Virus record (IMG/VR): IMGVR_UViG_3300045988_107224 | Direction: 5' to 3' (one strand) | From: a virus | DNA: 40,431 nt | Shown here: in pieces, positions 1 to 6,498 of the stretch | Layout of the letters: every line of letters begins with the position of its first letter | How positions within the stretch are numbered: the first letter of the stretch is position 1 | Notes under the pieces: generated by a model | Told to the model about the DNA's origin: nothing | Seen by the model: only the letters and a program-made list of their open reading frames with translations | The model's database searches: none | Program-made: the position numbers and the translations under genes

Positions 1-55
1 TGCTGTAAGATTTGAGTTTAAGCGAGCTTTGCCCTCACATATCAAGCCGATAGTC
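1..55. repeat. terminal direct repeat, left copy (identical to 40377-40431)
   Basis: 55/55 identity on reading both ends. Confidence 0.95.
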
Positions 56-109
56 GAACGCATTGAGGCGGAGCGAAAACGCAAAGCGGAGAGCGATAAG
101 TCCGAATAA
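2..109 (+). CDS. C-terminal 35 codons of the wrap-around holin-like membrane protein (continuation of 39982..40431 across the circular junction)
   Basis: The reading frame of 39982.. reaches the window end at codon GTC (40429-40431 = 53-55). It continues in the same frame to TAA at 107-109. Confidence 0.6.
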   Translation, partial: AVRFEFKRALPSHIKPIVERIEAERKRKAESDKSE

Positions 110-127
110 TTTATTAAATTTGCAGTC

Positions 128-184
128 GCTAACGTTCTTTTGTAATATTCCATGAGGCGCACTTTTGCGAGTGCGTCTTTTTTT
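128..184 (+). ncRNA. mini-cassette 1: candidate ~55 nt small RNA
   Basis: A TAAATTTG box lies at 115-122. A 9 bp hairpin (155-163 pairs with 170-178) is followed by T7 at 178-184. No ORF. Confidence 0.35.
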
Positions 185-198
185 GTACCTTTGCATTG

Positions 199-263
199 GG
201 TATAGTAATTTTTTTTCTTTCATGAGTTTTCCCGTTCGGTCCTTTGTGCTGAACGGTTTTTTT
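199..263 (+). ncRNA. mini-cassette 2: candidate ~65 nt small RNA
   Basis: TTTG at 164-167 and TACCTTTG at 186-193. The CCGTTC/GAACGG hairpin (232-237 pairs with 251-256) is followed by T7 at 257-263. Confidence 0.4.
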
Positions 264-278
264 GTTACATTTGCAGCG

Positions 279-348
279 TGATTGTCATACATAGATTGAT
301 TTGTTTAGTTAGATTTTGGATTAAGCACCCCTTATCGGGTGCTTTTTT
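279..348 (+). ncRNA. mini-cassette 3: candidate ~70 nt small RNA
   Basis: TTTG at 243-246 and TACATTTG at 266-273. An 8 bp hairpin (323-330 pairs with 337-344) has a T6 run at 343-348, whose first two T lie in the 3' arm. Confidence 0.4.
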
Positions 349-350
349 CG

Positions 351-358
351 TATATTTG
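351..358 (+). promoter_or_regulatory. -7 box (TATATTTG) upstream of the endolysin gene
   Basis: Matches the Bacteroides TAnnTTTG consensus, 23 nt upstream of the ATG at 381. No well-spaced -33 TTTG. Confidence 0.4.
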
Positions 359-380
359 CGGAAACTAATTATGTAAAAAT

Positions 381-962
381 ATGGTAATAATTTTAGACAA
401 TGGCCACGGCTCAGAAACGTGCGGCAAGCGTTCCCCGAAATGGGCTGATGGCAAACAGCTATTTGAGTACGAATTTAACCGAGATATTGTAAAACGCATT
501 GCGCGGAAGCTCAACGCGGTAGGCATCCCTTATTTCGTATTAGTTCCAGAAATTAACGACGTGTCGCTTTGCGAAAGACGAAGGCGAGCGAACGAGTATG
601 TGAACAAACATGGCGATTGCTTGCTTATTAGCATCCACGCAAATGCAGGAGGCGGCACTGGATTTGAAGCATACACGTACCACGGCAACAGCAAGGCGGA
701 TAAATTTGCCGAAATGCTGTACGAGGAGGCAGAAAAGACGCTTAAATGCTTTAAGGTACGCAAAGACCTAAGCGATGGCGATGCAGACAAAGAAAGCAAT
801 TTCTACATTTTGAAACACACAAAGTGCCCAGCTGTGTTGTCTGAAAACCTTTTCATGGATACAGAGCGCGATTGTCGTTTTCTTTTGTCAGACGAGGGGC
901 GAGAAGCAATAGCAACATTACATTTTAACGCAATTAAACGATATTACAACAATGGACAGTAA
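381..962 (+). CDS. N-acetylmuramoyl-L-alanine amidase (Amidase_3 / MurNAc-LAA type endolysin)
   Basis: LDNGHG near the N-terminus, SIHANAGGG and downstream acidic residues match the Zn-amidase pattern. A TATATTTG box lies at 351-358. Confidence 0.88.
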   Translation: MVIILDNGHGSETCGKRSPKWADGKQLFEYEFNRDIVKRIARKLNAVGIPYFVLVPEINDVSLCERRRRANEYVNKHGDCLLISIHANAGGGTGFEAYTYHGNSKADKFAEMLYEEAEKTLKCFKVRKDLSDGDADKESNFYILKHTKCPAVLSENLFMDTERDCRFLLSDEGREAIATLHFNAIKRYYNNGQ

Positions 963-1434
963 AAAAGATTTTTTGAGCTACATTAGTAAGTGCATCAAAC
1001 AACAAGGAAGCTACGCAGCAGCAGCGGTGGCGCCGCTGCTCGACAAATTAGTTGAAAAAGTATTTAAAAATACAGAAGCCATCGAAAAACTTGCTCAAAG
1101 CGGTGCAAATGGGGGGGGTAAAAATATGCAGTTTGTCGCTAAATTAGGCGAGATAAGAAACCCGGAAGTAAGTACCGGTTACATGGTATGGTCGCTTGCA
1201 AATACGCAGGGCGAAATAGATGAATTCTTAAACAAGATAAAAGGCGAACAAACGGTTTTTCCATCAGTTGTAGTGCAATATCAAGGAGGTAGTTGTATGC
1301 TATATGTATGGATTAAATCAAACGATGTTCTAGGCACTCCAGATACATTCTACTGTGTTTCCGCTTTAAAAAAACTAACGATATTATATCTAAGCCAAAA
1401 AGAGGGAGAGTCTCGTTTTGAACAAGAAATATAA
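952..1434 (+). CDS. hypothetical protein with a fibre-type N-terminal motif; contains a G8 tract
   Basis: ATG overlaps the amidase stop. The N-terminal ~40 aa are paralogous to the next ORF and resemble the N-terminus of 37413..39989. Confidence 0.65.
   Translation: MDSKKDFLSYISKCIKQQGSYAAAAVAPLLDKLVEKVFKNTEAIEKLAQSGANGGGKNMQFVAKLGEIRNPEVSTGYMVWSLANTQGEIDEFLNKIKGEQTVFPSVVVQYQGGSCMLYVWIKSNDVLGTPDTFYCVSALKKLTILYLSQKEGESRFEQEI
1111..1118 (+). repeat. G8 homopolymer inside CDS 952..1434
   Basis: aaat-gggggggg-ta, read directly from the sequence. Confidence 0.95.
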
Positions 1435-1437
1435 AAA

Positions 1438-2517
1438 ATGAAGAATGAACAAGAGATGCTCGATTATATTGAGCGATATATCACGCAGCAGGGGAACGAG
1501 GGCGCGATGAAGATTTCACCGCTTTTAATTGCGATGGTAGAAAGGCTTTTTGCGGAACCAGTTACGGGAGTTGCGCCAATCGTTGTAAACATAGACAAGC
1601 AAGGCAAGGTAGAGGGCACGCGAACAACTTACGAAATCACAACGCCACAAACGCAGATAAGCAGTTATATAGACTATGCTAACGAGGAGCGCGAGCGGTC
1701 GCGTGTATTCATTCATGACGGCTCGGCTTTGCTCGGGTTTCCGTACCTTGAATTTGACGAAAACAGCATTTCTGGGCGCGTTGAGGTAAACGATGGCGAG
1801 TGCGGTTTGTATTTATCAAAAATCAGCGGAAACTCCTACTTTTACCACGAGGATACAACAGCAGCTATCCCCGAAGTAACAAATGCAGATATCCAAACAT
1901 ATAAAGACGTATTCGGGGCGACTTACGACAAGGTAAACAACAAGTTCATGATTTTGTTTGGCGCAACTGAATTCCGACTTTCGCCCTCTGAAATGATGAT
2001 TGTAAACGCGGAGTTTAACAAGGTTTCTACGAGTGGCGATTACACCGCGATGTGGTCAAACACTATTGCGAAGATGGTTCACGTTGCACCATTGTACGAG
2101 GGCTTTAGCGAGTTTAATTTGCACGCAGCCTTTGCCAACGCAAAAAACCTTATTATCGTAGATTTAGCAACGGAAGAATTAAAAGTTAACGATATTAACC
2201 TTGCTTTTTCTGGTTGTGAAAGATTGGAACAAGTTGCAGGGGTTATGAGCGTTGACGAGGGAACTCCGCTTTCTTTGGCTTTTAAAGGTTGCAAAGTTCT
2301 TAACACCTTTAAAATTAAGGGATTAAACTCTAATATTGATTTATCTGATTGCCCGATGCTGTCGCGCGAAACCATTGAGTATGTCGTTAAAAATAGCGGT
2401 GCGAAACCCTTTACAATTATGCTGCATTCGGAAGTACGCAACAATATAAACAACGATAATCTCTGGGCGGATGTTAAGGAGTTAATTAAAACGAAATCAA
2501 ACATTACAATAGCATGA
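1438..2517 (+). CDS. BspA-type leucine-rich-repeat protein with a fibre-type N-terminal motif
   Basis: The C-terminal half carries repeated F..C..L / L..V.I units (FANAKNLIIVDL, AFSGCERLEQV, AFKGCKVLNTFKI, LSDCPMLS) typical of LRR_5/BspA repeats. The N-terminus is paralogous to 952..1434. Confidence 0.7.
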   Translation: MKNEQEMLDYIERYITQQGNEGAMKISPLLIAMVERLFAEPVTGVAPIVVNIDKQGKVEGTRTTYEITTPQTQISSYIDYANEERERSRVFIHDGSALLGFPYLEFDENSISGRVEVNDGECGLYLSKISGNSYFYHEDTTAAIPEVTNADIQTYKDVFGATYDKVNNKFMILFGATEFRLSPSEMMIVNAEFNKVSTSGDYTAMWSNTIAKMVHVAPLYEGFSEFNLHAAFANAKNLIIVDLATEELKVNDINLAFSGCERLEQVAGVMSVDEGTPLSLAFKGCKVLNTFKIKGLNSNIDLSDCPMLSRETIEYVVKNSGAKPFTIMLHSEVRNNINNDNLWADVKELIKTKSNITIA

Positions 2518-3134
2518 GCAGATTTATAATGTACGCTGTCTGTTGCGTACTTACATTCGCAACGATGCTTTTTGCCAAGGAGCAAGAGCACAAGAGGCAT
2601 ATACAAGAGCTAGAGCGCAACCAGCAAGTATTGCTCGGGGAACTAACGCTTTTTAAAGCCGCAGACAGCCTCAACGCGGTTGAGATGGGCGTACTATCAC
2701 TCACACTAAGAGAGTACGAGAAAACGCACGAAAATGACCTTAAAACGATTAAGGATTTACGGATTAAAGCTAACGGCTTAGCGTCCGTAAATAAAATGCA
2801 GTTGCAAACTATTACCCGGATAGGAGGGCGCGTGGTTGATACAGTCTACCTGCACTTAGATACGCTTACCAATACCACAACGGCAGATACAGCGCGGTGC
2901 GTAAAAAGCCGCTCGAAGTGGCTCGATTTCGATTTGTGCGTGTACAACAGCGGAGCGTATAGCGGTTCTGTGACTTCGCGCGATAGTATTATCATAGCCG
3001 AAGAGGTTAAATACAAGCGTTTTCTCGGCTTTCTTTGGCGAACAAATGCTGTAAAAGAACGTAACGTAAAAGTGACGTCAAAAAACCCTAATACAAAAAT
3101 AATAGGCTTTGAATTTGTTCGAATAAAAAAATAG
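2514..3134 (+). CDS. N-terminally membrane-anchored coiled-coil protein (possible spanin-like lysis accessory; function uncertain)
   Basis: Hydrophobic N-terminus (FIMYAVCCVLTFATMLF) followed by a heptad-like charged segment. It lies downstream of the lysis genes. Confidence 0.55.
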   Translation: MSRFIMYAVCCVLTFATMLFAKEQEHKRHIQELERNQQVLLGELTLFKAADSLNAVEMGVLSLTLREYEKTHENDLKTIKDLRIKANGLASVNKMQLQTITRIGGRVVDTVYLHLDTLTNTTTADTARCVKSRSKWLDFDLCVYNSGAYSGSVTSRDSIIIAEEVKYKRFLGFLWRTNAVKERNVKVTSKNPNTKIIGFEFVRIKK

Positions 3135-3150
3135 CGTTACTTTTGCAGCG

Positions 3151-3303
3151 ATGTTTAACCCCATAACGGCATCGGGTGATAAGAATTGGGAATAGATTTT
3201 CGTGAGTGGGCATTAAGTTGCTCACTCTCTTTTGTTAGCACATCCTTTCATATTACTTTTATAATACACAGCAGAGCCGCCACTCAGAGGAGTGGCTTTT
3301 TTT
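3151..3303 (+). ncRNA. mini-cassette 4: candidate ~150 nt small RNA
   Basis: TTTG at 3114-3117 and TACTTTTG at 3138-3145. An internal hairpin lies at 3204-3227. The terminator GCCACTC-AGAG-GAGTGGC (3279-3296) is followed by T7. Confidence 0.4.
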
Positions 3304-3376
3304 GTACACTAAAGTTATTTATTTCTTATTTTCGATTTAACGGCACATCACCGCCTAAGTGGTAATTTCCACACAT

Positions 3377-3457
3377 GGCAAATAAAACGCGCTAAAACGG
3401 CAAATAAATGGCTTTGTGCGGAATATAGGCTACAAAGTGGCAAGTATGGTAAATACG
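3377..3457 (+). repeat. second iteron-like set (GGCAAATAAA family)
   Basis: GGCAAATAAA at 3377-3386 and 3399-3408 (22 bp spacing). GGCAAGTATG at 3439-3448 and GGTAAATACG at 3448-3457. Confidence 0.45.
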
Positions 3458-3545
3458 TGTATGCTATATATGCTTGCAAGTACCGTGTATAAGCTGACGC
3501 AAAACAATTATTACATGATGTAGTACATTTATTTTGTTTCAAATT

Positions 3546-3700
3546 TCTAAAACGTGGATTTATTTCCAGCAAACGGAGGAAATTTCTACAAAACTCGGAT
3601 TTTTTTGCAAAAAAACTCTGAAAAAATTTCCGACAAATAATATATATAATAATAGATAATATATATAATATATAAAGAGTACGCGAAAAAGATTTTTCGC
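3546..3700 (+). repeat. origin-like module, copy A (intergenic): 3 iteron-like sites, a 43 bp AT block and a palindrome
   Basis: Iteron-like sites lie at 3549-3567, 3571-3589 and 3616-3634. ACAAATAATATATATAA lies at 3633-3649, the AT block at 3635-3677, and GCGAAAAA-GA-TTTTTCGC at 3683-3700. Confidence 0.6.
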
Positions 3701-3741
3701 TACATACCCTATAAAATAAATGAAAAGTTTTTGCACAAATA

Positions 3742-3773
3742 TTTGGTGCATTAAAATAAAAGTACTATCTTTG
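3742..3773 (+). promoter_or_regulatory. Bacteroides-type promoter for 3815..4321
   Basis: TTTG, 20 nt spacer, TATCTTTG. The imperfect palindrome TGCACAAATATTTGGTGCA (3732-3750) overlaps the -33 element. Confidence 0.6.
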
Positions 3774-3814
3774 CACTATCAATAATAACAAATAACAATC
3801 TAACAACAACAATC

Positions 3815-4321
3815 ATGAATAAGAAAGAATTTAACAAAATCGTAAAGGCAACAGGTAAGAACGTAGAAGTTGTAAAAGCTCTCAACGGCGAAACATACTT
3901 TCTGTACGTAGATGGTGAGCTTGCATTCTCGGATACGGCTTGCGAAGAAATCTACAATTACGAAACGGCACTTTGCTTTTATGCAGACTTATTGCTTGAT
4001 AAGTATGTGCACGAAGAAAAAAAGATATACAATGTTGACCGATGGGAGCTTAAGCCGATAGTTAAGGTTAACGGTATTAAGAAAGCCGTTAGCGAACTAA
4101 AGGGCTACAAGTACGGCAAAGCGTTCTTAAATCTTGACAACGGCAAAATTGAAGTTGTTGAAACCGCCTCTTACTCAGACTACGCGACAATAAACGGTGG
4201 TAATTGCCTATTAGTACTTACGCATTCAAAATACCTTAACCCTGCAACGATGCAACGCTTTCACGAAGCATTAGAAGATTTGGCAGAAGATTACGCGTAT
4301 GACGTTATTATCAAGTTCTAA
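3815..4321 (+). CDS. hypothetical early protein
   Basis: ATG 42 nt downstream of a canonical promoter (TTTG 3742-3745, TATCTTTG 3766-3773) with an A-rich leader. Confidence 0.75.
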   Translation: MNKKEFNKIVKATGKNVEVVKALNGETYFLYVDGELAFSDTACEEIYNYETALCFYADLLLDKYVHEEKKIYNVDRWELKPIVKVNGIKKAVSELKGYKYGKAFLNLDNGKIEVVETASYSDYATINGGNCLLVLTHSKYLNPATMQRFHEALEDLAEDYAYDVIIKF

Positions 4322-4396
4322 AGAGGTGTGCAGCCCGATGTAAAAGTCGGGCGCACAAAAAAAATACACATTCGACAAAAAAAAGTATTACAAAAA

Positions 4397-4428
4397 TTTG
4401 GAAGATAAAAAAATAAGTAGTATCTTTG
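4397..4428 (+). promoter_or_regulatory. Bacteroides-type promoter for the 4465.. operon
   Basis: TTTG, 20 nt spacer, TATCTTTG. Confidence 0.6.
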
Positions 4429-4464
4429 CATCGTAATTAAGAAACAAGTTAAAACAAAAACAAC

Positions 4465-4671
4465 ATGAAATACAGATTAGAAACAAGGCAAGAATACTTT
4501 GATAAGATATATCAATATTTTGCAATAGTATTCAGCGAAACAAACCAACTCTTCTACGCGGATATGAACCTTAGCGGAATTGTAGCTTTTTGCAAGTTGC
4601 ATGGGCTTACAGAAGATTTAGAATTTGCAAACAAGGAAATCGAACAACTCTTTAACACACAAGCAAAATGA
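4465..4671 (+). CDS. hypothetical early protein
   Basis: ATG downstream of the promoter TTTG 4397-4400 / TATCTTTG 4421-4428. Confidence 0.7.
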   Translation: MKYRLETRQEYFDKIYQYFAIVFSETNQLFYADMNLSGIVAFCKLHGLTEDLEFANKEIEQLFNTQAK

Positions 4672-5081
4672 AAATAAAACACGACTCATCGTTAGACAAC
4701 TTTGCAAAGTGTATCGAACTCAGCATCTCAGAAGCCGAAGAAAAGGTGCTGAAACGGCTTGGGCGCATCGTTGAAGATGACCCAGAGAACTACGGCAAAA
4801 AGATTTGCGAAATCTATGACTTTTGCGACTTAAAAGTCGTTGATGTTGTAAGCGCGATAAACGTTGAAAACCTCACTACCGCGATTTTCGAAGCTTACTG
4901 CAACCTTACAATTTTTGGCGATGGCGATTGTTCATGCTGTGGTGCTAAGATGGAGGAAGTCGCAATGGATTACGATTTGATTGAAAGCAACGGAATAACC
5001 CCCAATGAACACACCAACGTGTTTGTAACAAAAGAGTGCCCGGTATGTGGCGAAATCATTACTGAAAGATATGAAGATTAA
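4668..5081 (+). CDS. hypothetical protein with a Cys-rich zinc-ribbon-like C-terminus
   Basis: ATGA overlap with the previous gene. Contains CSCCG ... CPVCG cysteine pairs. Confidence 0.7.
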   Translation: MKIKHDSSLDNFAKCIELSISEAEEKVLKRLGRIVEDDPENYGKKICEIYDFCDLKVVDVVSAINVENLTTAIFEAYCNLTIFGDGDCSCCGAKMEEVAMDYDLIESNGITPNEHTNVFVTKECPVCGEIITERYED

Positions 5082-5352
5082 AATCGAAGAAGCCTTAGAA
5101 CTTGCCCGACTTTCGGGAAAGAACGTTTCAAAGGTGGGATTAGCCGAAAGGCTTTTTCCCGAAGCAAACCCAAACTTGCGAAACACTAACTTGAAGAACA
5201 TGATTACGGGGCGCACGTTGCGAGTAGAGCCTCAGCAGTGCATCGAAATATGCAAGTATTGCGGCTGCTCCCTCAATTTTTTGTTCGGATTGGAGGAATA
5301 CGAATTAACAACAGAAACAACAATAACAAGCGTAAAAAAATACACATTATGA
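5071..5352 (+). CDS. XRE-family helix-turn-helix transcriptional regulator
   Basis: VSKVGLAERLF ... NMITGR ... ICKYCGCSLNFLFGL fits the HTH_3 pattern. The ATG at 5071 is preferred to the GTG at 5047. Confidence 0.65.
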   Translation: MKIKIEEALELARLSGKNVSKVGLAERLFPEANPNLRNTNLKNMITGRTLRVEPQQCIEICKYCGCSLNFLFGLEEYELTTETTITSVKKYTL

Positions 5353-5480
5353 AAGAGAAGTTCAACAAATTAGCAGACTACGTATTTACAGAGGATTTTC
5401 AAGACAAGGCGGTGCGATATGGTTTTATTTCATTCGCGATTTTAGAAGTTGTAGCCGTACTTTACTACTACATTTTTTAA
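5349..5480 (+). CDS. small protein (43 aa) with a C-terminal transmembrane segment
   Basis: ATGA overlap with the stop of 5071..5352. The C-terminus FISFAILEVVAVLYYYIF is hydrophobic. The longer 5238 start lies inside the previous gene. Confidence 0.5.
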   Translation: MKEKFNKLADYVFTEDFQDKAVRYGFISFAILEVVAVLYYYIF

Positions 5481-5484
5481 CAAC

Positions 5485-6450
5485 ATGGAAGCAAAGAACG
5501 AAGTATTTAAGCAAGCAGAGGGCGCGTTTGAAATTGCGCAAGGCATCACAGCCGAGGAAATGAGAGCGTTATTTTTTGACAAAGACGCGCTACGGGAGCC
5601 ATCTTACAGAGTATTCCAGCTTAATAGCAAGGATAAGCGGTATTATTATACGATTGAGAACGGAAAGCCAACCTTTTACCCGTCTGTTACAACTATCATT
5701 CGTAACACTGTCCCAACTTCGCCTTTCTTGGAAAAGTGGAAAGCGGATTTAGGTTCGGAGAAAGCAGCGGCATACATGGAAGAGCGCGCAGCATACGGAA
5801 CATTTATGCACGCGCAATTTGAACGGCTACTTATCGAGAAAACGTATGACTTAGACAAGTTAAAAGGTTATCTACGTGACTACATGGAGGACAACAAATT
5901 GCCCGATAGTTTTATCCACTATGCTGACGAATTAAAAAAAGATATATTATCATTTGCTCAATTTGTGATAGATTACAAGGTGCAGCCTATTGCGATAGAG
6001 GTTGCTCTTGTACACCCGACAGGCTACGCAGGTATGATTGATTTGCCTTGCACGATGTTGAAGAAGATAGGCGGAGAAGAAAGAGTTGCAACAATCATAG
6101 ATTTTAAAAGCGGTCGCAAGGGATTTTACGAAGACCACGAAATCCAGCTCGGGCTGTACCGAGAAATGTGGAATGTTAATTTTCAAGACTTGCAAATCGA
6201 GCGCATCGCGAATTTTTCGCCGAAGGAGTGGCGCAAGAAGCCAACGTACAATTTTAAAGACCAAACAAAGGCAAAGTCGTTGGCGAAAATCCCTTACATA
6301 CTTGCGCTCAGCCGATTAGACGAGGGCGAGAAAGACGAATTTACAGCCGTTTCGGGAATCGTAACTTTGAACGATGAAACGGATTTTGAAAACAACATCA
6401 CGCGCATCACGTTGAGTGACCTTGTAACGAGCAAGACAAAGCAAAAATAA
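5485..6450 (+). CDS. PD-(D/E)XK (RecB/Cas4-like) nuclease
   Basis: GMIDLP ... IIDFKSG ... HEIQLGLY matches the D / (D/E)xK / QxxxY motif order. Confidence 0.7.
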   Translation: MEAKNEVFKQAEGAFEIAQGITAEEMRALFFDKDALREPSYRVFQLNSKDKRYYYTIENGKPTFYPSVTTIIRNTVPTSPFLEKWKADLGSEKAAAYMEERAAYGTFMHAQFERLLIEKTYDLDKLKGYLRDYMEDNKLPDSFIHYADELKKDILSFAQFVIDYKVQPIAIEVALVHPTGYAGMIDLPCTMLKKIGGEERVATIIDFKSGRKGFYEDHEIQLGLYREMWNVNFQDLQIERIANFSPKEWRKKPTYNFKDQTKAKSLAKIPYILALSRLDEGEKDEFTAVSGIVTLNDETDFENNITRITLSDLVTSKTKQK

Positions 6451-6498
6451 TTATCGAATAAGTTTGTGGTTTAATAAATTATTGGTACCTTTGCGGTG

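Noticed and set aside
152-281. Micro-ORFs inside the cassettes: 152..205 (17 aa), 222..281 (19 aa), 3151..3195 (14 aa) and 11661..11738 (25 aa).
   Set aside because: The first two read straight through the terminator hairpins and the next promoter. No conservation evidence is available for any of them. They are kept only as an alternative to test by ribosome profiling.
35-292. Minus-strand ORFs in the track: 35..292, 2079..2606, 3348..3572, 3560..3751, 11022..11627, 14709..15293, 19802..20242, 30108..30551, 32349..32870, 33495..33944, 36059..36559, 37404..37853 and the shorter ones.
   Set aside because: Almost all lie antisense to well-supported + strand genes, for example 11022..11627 opposite the RuvC-motif ORF. 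They have S/L/F/C-rich shadow composition, and none has a promoter box or a neighbouring gene on its strand. The two in 3348-3751 run through iterons and the AT block.
3579-3592. AATTTCTAC resembles the 5' half of the Cas12a direct-repeat stem.
   Set aside because: The complementary GTAGAT half is missing, so no pseudoknot or hairpin can form. The sequence is part of the iteron family GGAAAWTTTYC.
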